Shown here: positions 1-8,565 of the stretch, piece after piece
How the letters are laid out: each line of letters opens with the position of its first letter
How positions within the stretch are numbered: the first letter of the stretch is position 1
Assembly: GCA_902779945.1 (NCBI GenBank)
Contig: CACZDN010000003.1
Span: 16,549-80,548 of the forward strand
From: Oscillospiraceae bacterium
Lineage (GTDB): Bacteria; Bacillota; Clostridia; Oscillospirales; Oscillospiraceae
Direction of reading: 5' to 3'
Length of the DNA: 64,000 nucleotides
Made by a program: the position numbers and the translations under genes
The notes under the pieces: model-generated
What the model was told of the DNA's origin: nothing
Databases searched by the model: none
The model's input: only the letters and a program-made list of their open reading frames with translations

Positions 1-417
1 CCCGGCGACCCGAAGGAGAACGTCTTCGAGATCGCGCAGCTGCAAAAGCTTATGGGCACGCTCCCGGTCTTCGGCATCTGCCTCGGCCACCAGCTCGCGG
101 CGCTCGCCCTCGGCGGCGAGACCGTCAAGCTCAAATACGGCCACCGCGGCGCAAACCAGCCCGTCAAGGACCTCAGCTCCGGGCGCTGCTTCATCACAAG
201 CCAGAACCACGGCTACGCGGTGGTGAGCGAGAGCGTCGCGGGGCTCGGGAAGCTCCGCTACGTGAACGCCAACGACTTCAGCTGCGAGGGGCTGGACTAC
301 CCCGAAAAGAACTGCTTCACCGTGCAGTTTCATCCGGAGGCGAGCGCCGGTCCCCACGACACGGGCTTCCTCTTCGACCGCTTTGTATCCATGATGGGAG
401 GCGAGGACCATGCCTAA
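1..417 (+). CDS. carA: Carbamoyl-phosphate synthase small (glutaminase) subunit, C-terminal part; 5' end outside window
   Basis: Frame is open from nt 1. Translation has the GATase-1 active-site motif PVFGICLGHQ and FHPEAS. TAA at 415-417 overlaps the next start by 8 nt. Confidence 0.9.
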   Translation, partial: PGDPKENVFEIAQLQKLMGTLPVFGICLGHQLAALALGGETVKLKYGHRGANQPVKDLSSGRCFITSQNHGYAVVSESVAGLGKLRYVNANDFSCEGLDYPEKNCFTVQFHPEASAGPHDTGFLFDRFVSMMGGEDHA

Positions 418-3400
418 AAATCCGAATATCCGAAAAGTGCTGGTGATCGGCTCCGGCCCCATCGTCATCGGCCAGGCGGCGGAGTTCGACTACGCCGGAG
501 CCCAGGCCTGCCGCGTGCTCCGGCAGGAGGGTATCCGCACGGTGCTGGTCAACTCCAACCCCGCCACCATCATGACCGACAAACACCTGGCGGACGCGAT
601 CTATCTCGAGCCCCTGACGGCGGAGACCCTGCGCCGCATCATCGCCCTCGAGCGGCCCGACGGGCTTCTGGCCGGTCTCGGCGGGCAGACGGGCCTCACG
701 CTCGCCATGCAGCTCACCCGCGACGGGACGCTGGAAAAGTACGGCGTGCAGCTTCTCGGCTCCGGCATCGAGGCCATCGAGCGCGCCGAGGACCGCGAGC
801 GCTTCCGCGAGACCCTGGCCGAGATGGGCCAGCCCGTCATCCCCTCCGCCACGGCGGAGGACGTGGAGGGCTGCCTGAAAATCGCAAAACGCATCGGCTA
901 CCCGGTCATCGTGCGCCCGGCCTACACCCTCGGCGGCACGGGCGGCGGCATCGCCCAGGACGCGGAGGAGCTGGCCTCCATCGCGCAGCAGGGTCTCGAC
1001 CTCTCGCCCATCACGCAGGTGCTCATCGAAAAATGCGTCTCCGGCTGGAAGGAGATCGAGTTTGAGACCATGCGGGACGCCGCGGGCAACGTGATCGCGG
1101 TCTGCTCCATGGAGAATGTGGACCCCGTCGGCATCCACACGGGCGACTCCATCGTCGTCGCCCCGGCGCTGACGCTGGCGGACAGGGAATACCAGATGCT
1201 GCGCACGGCGGCGCTGAACATCGTGGGCGCCATCGGCATCGAGGGCGGCTGCAACGTGCAGTTTGCGCTGAATCCCGACAGCTTCGAGTACGCGGTCATC
1301 GAGGTCAACCCCCGCGTGTCCCGCTCCTCGGCCCTCGCGTCCAAGGCCACCGGCTACCCCATCGCCAAGATCTCCACGCGCATCGCCCTGGGCTACACCC
1401 TCGACGAGATCAAAAACGACATCACCGGCAAGACCTGCGCCTGCTTTGAGCCCACGGTGGACTACGTGGTGGTCAAGTTCCCCAAGTGGCCCTTTGAAAA
1501 GTTCGCGGGGGCCAGCCGCCGGCTCGGCACCCAGATGAAGGCCACCGGCGAGGTCATGGCCATCGCGCCCTGCTTCGAGATGGCGCTGATGAAGGCCGTG
1601 CGCGGCGCGGAGCTCGGGCTTGACACCCTGGACGCCCCGCCCCTCTCGGACGCGCCGGTGCGCGAACGCCTGAAGGCCCAGGACGACCGCCGCATCTTCA
1701 CCGTCTTCGAGGCGCTGAAGGCGGGCGTTTCGGTGGACGAGATCTTTGAGATCACCAAAATCGACCGCTGGTTTCTGTGGAAGCTCCAGAAGCTCGTGAA
1801 CTTCGAGACGGCGCTCGCGGGCGGCCTGACGGACGAGCTCTACCGCAAAGCAAAGCGCCTCGGCTACCCGGACGAGGCGATCCTGCGCATCTCCGGCGCG
1901 GCGGCGGTGCCCGGCATGGAGATGCACTATAAGATGGTGGACACCTGCGGCGCCGAGTTCGACGCCGAGACGCCCTATTTCTACTCGAGCTTCGACGCCG
2001 AATGCGAGAGCCGGCTCTTCCCGCGCTCGGGCAAGCCCGTCGTGATGGTGCTGGGCTCCGGCCCCATCCGCATCGGCCAGGGCATCGAGTTTGACTACTC
2101 CTCGGTCCACTGCGTCTGGACCCTGCGGGAGATGGGCTACGACGTGGTCATCGTCAACAACAATCCCGAGACCGTCTCCACCGACTACGACACGGCGGAC
2201 CGCCTGTATTTCGAGCCGCTTTGCAGGGAGGACGTCTGGAATATCGTGCAGCTTGAAAAGCCGGTGGGCGTGGTCGTGGCCTTCGGCGGGCAGACGGCCA
2301 TCAAGCTCACGGAATTTCTGGACAAAAAGGGCGTGCAGATCCTCGGCACCTCCGCCGACAGCATCGACACCGCGGAGGACCGCGCCCGCTTCGACGCGCT
2401 CCTGGAGCGCTTCACGATCCGCCGCCCGAAGGGCCGCGGCGTGCTGACGCTCGACGAGGCGCTGGCCGCCGCGTCCGAGCTCGGCTACCCCGTGCTGCTG
2501 CGGCCGAGCTATGTCATCGGCGGGCAGAACATGTGCATCTCCCGGGACGCCGCCAGCACGGAGAAGTACATGAAGGGCATCCTGGCCCAGGGCATCGAAA
2601 ACCCCGTGCTGGTGGACAAGTACATGCCCGGCACGGAGCTGGAGGTGGACGTGATCTCCGACGGGGAGGACGTGCTCATCCCCGGCATTATGGAGCATAT
2701 CGAGCGCGCGGGCGTCCACAGCGGCGACTCCATCGCCGTCTACCCGCCCTGGAACCTGAACGACAAGTTCCTGCGCCGCATCACCGAGGTGTCTACGAAG
2801 CTGGCCCTGGCCCTCGGGACAAAGGGCCTCGTGAACATCCAGTACCTCATCTGGCAAAACGAGCTCTACGTCATCGAGGTCAACCCCCGCGCCTCCCGCA
2901 CGGTGCCGTATATCAGCAAGGTCACGAACGTGCCGATGGTCGATCTCGCCTCGCGCATCATGCTGGGGGCGAAGCTCAGAGACCTCGGCTGGGGCACGGG
3001 CCTCTACCGCACCCCGCCGTACTACGCCGTCAAGGTGCCGGTCTTCTCGTTTGAAAAGCTCTCGGACGCGAACTCCATCCTCGGCCCGGAGATGAAATCC
3101 ACGGGCGAGGTGCTGGGCATCGGCCGCACGCTGGCGGAGGCGCTGTTCAAGGGCCTGACCGCGGCGGGCTTCCGCCTGCCGAACAATCTCGAGAGCGCGC
3201 GGGGCGTGCTTTTGAGCGTCGAGAACGAGGACAGCCAGGAGATCCTCTCCCTCGCGCGGCGCTTCTATCGGCTGGGGCTCAAGCTCTACGCCACCCGGGA
3301 CACCGCGGCGGCCATTGCCTCTCTCGGCATCCCGGTCACCTCGGTCCCGAACGCCGGGGAGAGCGGGGAGATCACCCGCCTCATGGACAGCGGCGTACTG

Positions 3401-4438
3401 CGCTACATCATCTACACCGGCGCCGTGAAGGACGGCACCATGGGCGACTACATCGCCCTCCACCGCCACGCCATGCAGCGCGGCGTGCCGTGCCTGACCT
3501 CGCTGGACACCGCCAGCGCCCTGGCCGAGATCATCGAGAGCTGCTTCCACGAGAGCAGCACCGAGCTCGTGGACATCAACGCCATGCGCACGGAGCACCA
3601 GACCATCCGCTTTACCAAGATGCAGGACTGCGGCAACGACTACATCTTCATCGAAAACTACGACGGTGCGATCACCTGCCCGGAGTCCCTGTGCGTGAAC
3701 CTCTGCCGGGCGCACACCGGCGTCGGCAGCGACGGCATCGTGCTGATCGAAAAATCGGACGTCGCCGATGTGAAGATGCGCTCCTTCAACCGCGACGGCA
3801 GCGAGGGCAAAATGGCGGGCAACAACATCCGCTGCGTGGCAAAATACGTGCACGACCGCGGCCTCGTCCCCCGGGAGGAGCTCACGGTCGAGACGGGCAG
3901 CGGCGTGAAGCACCTGCGTCTCTTCCTGCGCGACGGGGCCGTCAGCTCCGTGGAGGTGGACATGGGCAGCGCCTCGCTCCGGGCCTCCGAGATCCCCGTG
4001 AAGAGCGAGCGGGAGCGCCTGGTGAACTGCCCGATCCGCGTGGGCGGCCGGGAGTACCACGTCACCTGCGTGAACGTCGGCAACCCCCACTGCGTAGTCT
4101 TCTGCGACGCCATCGACGGCCTCGAGCTCGAAGAGCTGGGCCCGCAGTTCGAGTACGCGCCCATCTTCCCCGAGCGCGTCAACACGGAGTTTGTGCGCAT
4201 GGTCAACCGCCACACCCTGCGTATGCGCGTCTGGGAGCGCGGCAGCGGCGAGACCCTGGCCTGCGGCACCGGCGCCTGCGCCGCGGTGGTCGCGGCCTGC
4301 GAAAACGGCCTCTGCGACAAGGGCAGCGACGTCAAGGTCAGCCTCCTCGGCGGCGAGCTGACGGTCAACTATTCGGACGAGCGCATCCTCCTCACCGGCG
4401 GCGCAAGCGTCGTCTTCGAGGGCAGCTTTCTGTATTGA
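410..4438 (+). CDS. carB: Carbamoyl-phosphate synthase large subunit fused in frame to a DapF (diaminopimelate epimerase)-like C-terminal domain
   Basis: One uninterrupted 1342-aa ORF. aa 1 to ~1058 show the duplicated ATP-grasp CarB architecture plus an MGS-like tail. aa ~1059-1342 (nt 3584-4438) carry DapF motifs FTKMQDCGNDYIF, GNPHCVVF and ACGTGACA. Confidence 0.85.
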   Translation: MPKNPNIRKVLVIGSGPIVIGQAAEFDYAGAQACRVLRQEGIRTVLVNSNPATIMTDKHLADAIYLEPLTAETLRRIIALERPDGLLAGLGGQTGLTLAMQLTRDGTLEKYGVQLLGSGIEAIERAEDRERFRETLAEMGQPVIPSATAEDVEGCLKIAKRIGYPVIVRPAYTLGGTGGGIAQDAEELASIAQQGLDLSPITQVLIEKCVSGWKEIEFETMRDAAGNVIAVCSMENVDPVGIHTGDSIVVAPALTLADREYQMLRTAALNIVGAIGIEGGCNVQFALNPDSFEYAVIEVNPRVSRSSALASKATGYPIAKISTRIALGYTLDEIKNDITGKTCACFEPTVDYVVVKFPKWPFEKFAGASRRLGTQMKATGEVMAIAPCFEMALMKAVRGAELGLDTLDAPPLSDAPVRERLKAQDDRRIFTVFEALKAGVSVDEIFEITKIDRWFLWKLQKLVNFETALAGGLTDELYRKAKRLGYPDEAILRISGAAAVPGMEMHYKMVDTCGAEFDAETPYFYSSFDAECESRLFPRSGKPVVMVLGSGPIRIGQGIEFDYSSVHCVWTLREMGYDVVIVNNNPETVSTDYDTADRLYFEPLCREDVWNIVQLEKPVGVVVAFGGQTAIKLTEFLDKKGVQILGTSADSIDTAEDRARFDALLERFTIRRPKGRGVLTLDEALAAASELGYPVLLRPSYVIGGQNMCISRDAASTEKYMKGILAQGIENPVLVDKYMPGTELEVDVISDGEDVLIPGIMEHIERAGVHSGDSIAVYPPWNLNDKFLRRITEVSTKLALALGTKGLVNIQYLIWQNELYVIEVNPRASRTVPYISKVTNVPMVDLASRIMLGAKLRDLGWGTGLYRTPPYYAVKVPVFSFEKLSDANSILGPEMKSTGEVLGIGRTLAEALFKGLTAAGFRLPNNLESARGVLLSVENEDSQEILSLARRFYRLGLKLYATRDTAAAIASLGIPVTSVPNAGESGEITRLMDSGVLRYIIYTGAVKDGTMGDYIALHRHAMQRGVPCLTSLDTASALAEIIESCFHESSTELVDINAMRTEHQTIRFTKMQDCGNDYIFIENYDGAITCPESLCVNLCRAHTGVGSDGIVLIEKSDVADVKMRSFNRDGSEGKMAGNNIRCVAKYVHDRGLVPREELTVETGSGVKHLRLFLRDGAVSSVEVDMGSASLRASEIPVKSERERLVNCPIRVGGREYHVTCVNVGNPHCVVFCDAIDGLELEELGPQFEYAPIFPERVNTEFVRMVNRHTLRMRVWERGSGETLACGTGACAAVVAACENGLCDKGSDVKVSLLGGELTVNYSDERILLTGGASVVFEGSFLY

Positions 4439-4523
4439 GCGCGGCGTCCCCCGCGGGGGCGGAGCATCGCCCCCGCAGGGCCGACTCCCGAATCGCCCGG
4501 CACGAAAGCGTGCAGATCATAAT

Positions 4524-4571
4524 AAACGTATGGCAGGTTCGCGGCCTTTGCAAATTTGCCATACGTTTTTT
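4524..4571 (+). terminator. Hairpin plus T-run downstream of carB-dapF
   Basis: 12-bp arms aaacgtatggca (4524-4535) and tgccatacgttt (4557-4568), followed by ttt. The loop is long (21 nt). Confidence 0.45.
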
Positions 4572-4652
4572 GCGCTGCCGCCGGATGCGACGGACCGGCG
4601 CTCCTCCCCGTGCGCCGCGGCTCCCGCGGGGGACGCGCGCCGCCTTTAGTCT

Positions 4653-4685
4653 GTCATGTCGAGCGGAGCAAAGCGAAGTCGACAC
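4653..4685 (+). repeat. Copy of short intergenic motif GTCAT..GAGCG.AGC (family C)
   Basis: Reads gtcatgtcgagcggagcaaagcgaagtcgacac. Related copies at 4811-4838, 32235-32273 and 40733-40785. Confidence 0.5.
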
Positions 4686-4810
4686 ATCAAAGGCAACACC
4701 GCACAATCCGCCTGCGGCATCTCCTGGAAAACTTGCGCCCTGATTTCGTCACTTTTTCTTGAGGTACACAAAGTACATCTGCGAAAAAGTGTTTCTGCCT
4801 GTCGGGGCAA

Positions 4811-4838
4811 GATGCTTCGTCAGGCTCAGCATGACAGG
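4811..4838 (-). repeat. Family C motif copy (reverse orientation)
   Basis: Reverse complement reads cctgtcatgctgagcctgacgaagcatc. Confidence 0.45.
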
Positions 4839-4894
4839 AGAGCTGCGCGCTCCTTCAATTGGCCTTCCCCACAGGTAGAGATATGCGCTTTTGC

Positions 4895-4923
4895 TTGACA
4901 GCGGGCATCGGAATCGGTATCAT
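4895..4923 (+). promoter_or_regulatory. Sigma-70-like promoter for the GT39 gene
   Basis: TTGACA (4895-4900), 17-nt spacer, TATCAT (4918-4923). Sits about 28 nt upstream of the ATG at 4952. Confidence 0.45.
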
Positions 4924-4951
4924 ACCGGAAAAAGGCTCTGCGGGAGGACGC

Positions 4952-6514
4952 ATGGACGGAGAACGGATTCAACAGCATACGCGGCTGACGAAGACCGAGG
5001 GGGGCACGCTGGCCCTCCTGCTTCTGCTGGGGCTTTTTGCCCGCGTCTGGCGCTTCGGCAGCGCGCCGCCGGGTCTCAATCAGGACGAGGCCTTCGCCGC
5101 CTATGAGGCGTGGGCGCTTTTGAACTACGGCACGGACAGCTCGCTCCACGCCTGGCCCGTCTATCTCACGGCCTGGGGCAGCGGCATGAACGCCCTTGAG
5201 ACGTACCTGATGATCCCGCTTTTCGCGCTCTTCGGCGTCAGGACCTGGGTCATCCGCCTGCCGCAGCTGCTGCTTGCGCTCCTGTCGCTCCCGGCGGCCT
5301 TCGCCCTCGGGCGGCGCACGGGAGGGACGCGCGGCGGCCTCTGCGCGCTGGCGGTGCTCGCCCTCTGCCCGTGGCATGTGCTGCTCAGCCGCTGGGCGCT
5401 GGAATCCAACATGGCCCCCGGCCTGCTGCTTCTCGGGACGGTGCTCTTCTGCCGGGGGCTGGAGGACGGGCGCTGCCTGCCGCTGTCGGCCCTGTGCTTC
5501 GGGCTTTCGCTCTACGCCTACTCCGCAATCTGGCCGGTGATGCCGCTGCTTGTCGGCCTCCTGCTCCTGTACGCGCGCCCGCGGGCGGACCGCCGGCTGC
5601 TCGTGTCGGCGGTGATCCTCGCGGCGCTGGCCCTGCCGCCGGCAGGCTTTCTGGCGGTCAACTACGGACTTGTCCCGGAGTTCTCCATCGGTCCCTTCTC
5701 GGTGCCGAAGCTGGTCGCGGCGCGCACGGGGGAGATTTCCCTGGGGAACGTGCCGCAAAACCTGCGCACGATGCTCCACATCCTGCTGCGCCAGACGGAC
5801 GGGCTCAGGTGGAACAGTCCGGGCCGCTTCGGGCTCTTTTACCCGGCCGCCCTGCCCTTCGGCCTGCTGGGGCTCGCGGCGCTCCTGCGGCGGCTCGTCG
5901 GCTCGCTTCGCGCAAAAAAATACGACCCGGCGGTCCTGCTGCTGATCTGGCTCTTCTGCGGCGTCATACAGTCGGCGCTGGTGTCCGTCAACGTCAACCG
6001 CATGAATATGCTGCTCATGCCCGCCGCGCTCACGGTCGCCCTCGGGGCGGAGACCCTGCTGCGGCTGCTGGGGCGTACTCAGAGGGCCGGGGCGGCGCTG
6101 CTGCTGGCGGCGCTGCTGCTGGGCTTTTCGGCCTTTGAGCGCTTTTACTTCACCGACTACGCCGACTCCCTGAACGGGGATTTCACCGCCGGCGCGCAGG
6201 AGGCGCTGGAATCGGCGCTGCGGCATGACGGGACCGTCTATGTGACGCAGGCCCTGCACTATCCCAAGCTGCTTCTCGCGTCGGAGACGAGCCCGGAGGC
6301 GTTCAGCGCCACGGTCGAATACGCATACTACCCCGCCCAGTACCTCCAGCCCCTGCGCTTCGGGCGCTTCGTCTACGTCCGGGACGACAGTCCGCCCTTC
6401 GACCCGGAGGGCGTCTACGTCCTCTGGAACGGCGCCGACACAGAGCGCTTCGAGCAGGCGGGCTTCACGGTCGAGCGCTATGGGTGCCTGACGGTGCTGG
6501 CGGCGCCCGCATAA
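4952..6514 (+). CDS. GT-C fold membrane glycosyltransferase, family 39 / ArnT-PMT-like
   Basis: Multi-TM protein with the first-loop motif GLNQDEAF typical of GT39/ArnT. RBS GGGAGGA at 4942-4948 precedes the ATG at 4952 (in-frame start inside track ORF 4859-6514). Confidence 0.75.
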   Translation: MDGERIQQHTRLTKTEGGTLALLLLLGLFARVWRFGSAPPGLNQDEAFAAYEAWALLNYGTDSSLHAWPVYLTAWGSGMNALETYLMIPLFALFGVRTWVIRLPQLLLALLSLPAAFALGRRTGGTRGGLCALAVLALCPWHVLLSRWALESNMAPGLLLLGTVLFCRGLEDGRCLPLSALCFGLSLYAYSAIWPVMPLLVGLLLLYARPRADRRLLVSAVILAALALPPAGFLAVNYGLVPEFSIGPFSVPKLVAARTGEISLGNVPQNLRTMLHILLRQTDGLRWNSPGRFGLFYPAALPFGLLGLAALLRRLVGSLRAKKYDPAVLLLIWLFCGVIQSALVSVNVNRMNMLLMPAALTVALGAETLLRLLGRTQRAGAALLLAALLLGFSAFERFYFTDYADSLNGDFTAGAQEALESALRHDGTVYVTQALHYPKLLLASETSPEAFSATVEYAYYPAQYLQPLRFGRFVYVRDDSPPFDPEGVYVLWNGADTERFEQAGFTVERYGCLTVLAAPA

Positions 6515-6530
6515 ACAAGAATTTTGGTAT

Positions 6531-6587
6531 CAAAAAAGAAGCATACGGCGAAATTGCAGCAAGCTGCGATCTCGCCGTATGCTTTTC
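6531..6587. terminator. Bidirectional terminator between convergent genes; member of a reused terminator sequence family
   Basis: 13-bp arms aagcatacggcga (6539-6551) and tcgccgtatgctt (6572-6584), with an A-run upstream and a T-run downstream. The arm sequence recurs at 29371-29415. Confidence 0.6.
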
Positions 6588-6647
6588 AAGTATGAGCCCT
6601 GACAGCCGGAAGGGCGAGCCCCTTCCCTGCGGCCCTGTGTGCGTTCC

Positions 6648-7283
6648 TTATTTTTTCCCGGCGGCCGGCTCTTCGATCAGGACACGGCTGCCGCGTATCT
6701 TCAGCCTGCCGGAGCAGTAGAGGATCACCGCGCGGCTGAGGATGCGCCACTCGCCCTCCTCCAAAACGCGGCGCTCGAGACTTTCGGGCGTGTCGTCCGG
6801 TTTGACCTCTACCGCGCGCTGGAGGATGATGCCGCCGACGCGGCCGTCCCCGTCCGCAAAATAGGCCGTGGCCCCGGTGAGCTTGAGCCCCCGCTCGAGC
6901 ACGGCGCGGGGGATGTCCGCCGGGTCGCTGTCCTCAAAGGCGGGACAGAGGGCCGGGAAGGTGCCGATGATGCGGTTTTTGAACTGATAGGGGATGACGC
7001 CCAGGGGCATCTCGTACCCCGCGAGGATCACCAGCTCAATGTCCATATCCCGCAGCTTGTTCGCCACCGCCATGCTGTGGCTCGTCGCGTTCGGGAAGAG
7101 CTCGGGGTCGACCACATAGGCCGGCACGTGGGCGTTGAGCGCGCGCTTCATCGCGTATACGTCCCTGGCCGTGGAGATGACCGCAACCAGCTCAAAATTC
7201 GGAATTTCTTTAAAATACATGGAGTCCAGGATCGCCTGGAGCCTCGCCCCGTCTCCGGAGACCAACGCCGCCGCTCTGACCAT
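6648..7283 (-). CDS. PurN-like formyltransferase-fold protein (phosphoribosylglycinamide formyltransferase homolog, probably divergent)
   Basis: N-terminus MVRAAALVSGDGARLQAILD matches the PurN signature (..VL.SG.GSNLQAI.D). The HPSLLP region reads GTFPALCP. ATG at 7283 preferred over GTG at 7295. Confidence 0.7.
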   Translation of the reverse strand: MVRAAALVSGDGARLQAILDSMYFKEIPNFELVAVISTARDVYAMKRALNAHVPAYVVDPELFPNATSHSMAVANKLRDMDIELVILAGYEMPLGVIPYQFKNRIIGTFPALCPAFEDSDPADIPRAVLERGLKLTGATAYFADGDGRVGGIILQRAVEVKPDDTPESLERRVLEEGEWRILSRAVILYCSGRLKIRGSRVLIEEPAAGKK

Positions 7284-7431
7284 GTCGAACCTCACACCCG
7301 CTTTTTTCCCGCGGCACTTGTCCCGCGGGCCAAAACACGCTATAATAAACCTATCGCCGACGCGAATCCGATATTATGTCGACTATTATACCGTATCCGA
7401 CGCCGGCGGTCAAGCGTCAGGAGGCCGAGTT

Positions 7432-8565
7432 ATGACAGAAATTTATGTAATCCGACACGTCCAGGCGGAGGGGAACCTCTACCGCCACATGCAGGGCCAC
7501 TGGGACGGGGACGTCACCCCCCTCGGCGAAAAGCAGCGCGACGCGCTGAGCCTGCGCTTCCGGGACATCCCGGTCGACGCGGTGTATTCCAGCGACCTCT
7601 GGCGCGCGCGCTTTACGGCCACGGCCGTCACCCGCTTCCACGAGCTGCCGATCCGGTGCGACCGGCGGCTGCGGGAGATCAACATCGGCCCCTGGGAGGC
7701 CGTGCCCTTCGCCAACGTCATCCGGGACCAGCCGGAGCTCTTCGACAGCTTCCTGCACGATCCCGAGCACTTTTATCTCCCCGGGTCCGAGACCTTTTTT
7801 GACGTGCAGGCCCGCGCCGTGGAGGCGATCACGGAGATCGCGGAGCAAAATCCGGGCCGCACCGTCGTCGTCACGACCCACGGCATCACCATCCGATGCA
7901 TGATGACGAAGCTCCTCGGTGTCCCGCTGAGCGACACGGAAACCGTGCCCATCTTCCACAATACGGGCGTGGCGCGCCTTGCGTACAAAGACGGGCACTT
8001 CACCGTCACCTCGATCAACGACGCGTCCCATCTCCCGCCGGAGCTGCTGCGCCATGTGAACGACATTCCCGCCCTCTGCGACGAGTGCGTCGATCCCGCA
8101 CGGCACCGCGAGACCTATGAGCGCTGCTATGCCGACGCCTGGCTCGCCGCCCACGGGTCGCTGGAGGGCTTCGCGGCGGGGCCCTACTACCGTGCTGCCT
8201 GCGAGCACCATAAGCGCGACGCGGAATCCGTCATGCTGCTGTATGAGGGGGAACGCTTCGCGGGACTCCTCGATCTCGACACCGCGCGGGGCGCGCACGC
8301 GGGCTACGGCTGGATCAGCCTCCTCTATCTCACGCCAGAATACCGCGGGCGCGGTCTCGGCGTGCAGCTTCTGGGCCGCACCGTGGCGAAATACCGCAGG
8401 CTGGGCCGGAGCGCGATCCGGCTGAACGTCGCGGAGGACAACCAGGCCGCCCTGGCCTTCTACCGCGCCAACGGCTTTGAGGAGCTCTCGCGCGAGCCAG
8501 GGATGCACGCGCCGCTGCTGCTGATGGAGAAGAAGCTGAGGAGCTTTCCGCATGGGGATGTATGA
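7432..8565 (+). CDS. Histidine phosphatase (phosphoglycerate-mutase superfamily) fused to a C-terminal GNAT acetyltransferase domain
   Basis: N-terminal IRHVQAEGN (RHG motif) and TTHG. C-terminal GNAT motif YRGRGLGVQLL...FYRANGF. RBS AGGAGG at 7419-7424 before the ATG at 7432. Confidence 0.8.
   Translation: MTEIYVIRHVQAEGNLYRHMQGHWDGDVTPLGEKQRDALSLRFRDIPVDAVYSSDLWRARFTATAVTRFHELPIRCDRRLREINIGPWEAVPFANVIRDQPELFDSFLHDPEHFYLPGSETFFDVQARAVEAITEIAEQNPGRTVVVTTHGITIRCMMTKLLGVPLSDTETVPIFHNTGVARLAYKDGHFTVTSINDASHLPPELLRHVNDIPALCDECVDPARHRETYERCYADAWLAAHGSLEGFAAGPYYRAACEHHKRDAESVMLLYEGERFAGLLDLDTARGAHAGYGWISLLYLTPEYRGRGLGVQLLGRTVAKYRRLGRSAIRLNVAEDNQAALAFYRANGFEELSREPGMHAPLLLMEKKLRSFPHGDV

Noticed and set aside
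317-4213. 1298-aa ORF antisense to carB. Other very long antisense ORFs of the same kind: 40633-43506 (+), 45844-48000 (+), 51280-53697 (-), 53713-56175 (-), 33713-35542 (-), 37004-38917 (-), 58955-60724 (-), 35668-37149 (-), 28095-29351 (-) and 14306-15811 (+).
   Set aside because: These are shadow ORFs typical of high-GC DNA. Their translations are Arg/Ala/Gly/Pro/His-rich with no recognisable motifs. Each lies opposite a gene with unambiguous conserved motifs, an RBS and sensible boundaries.
4391-4951. GC-rich palindromes (cccccgcggggg and similar) and several ORFs (4392-4706 -, 4556-4762 +, 4656-4898 +) after carB-dapF, considered as a possible hidden gene or mobile-element remnant.
   Set aside because: The ORFs are Arg-rich and lack start signals. 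The region is better explained by terminator hairpins, family C motif copies and the GT39 promoter.
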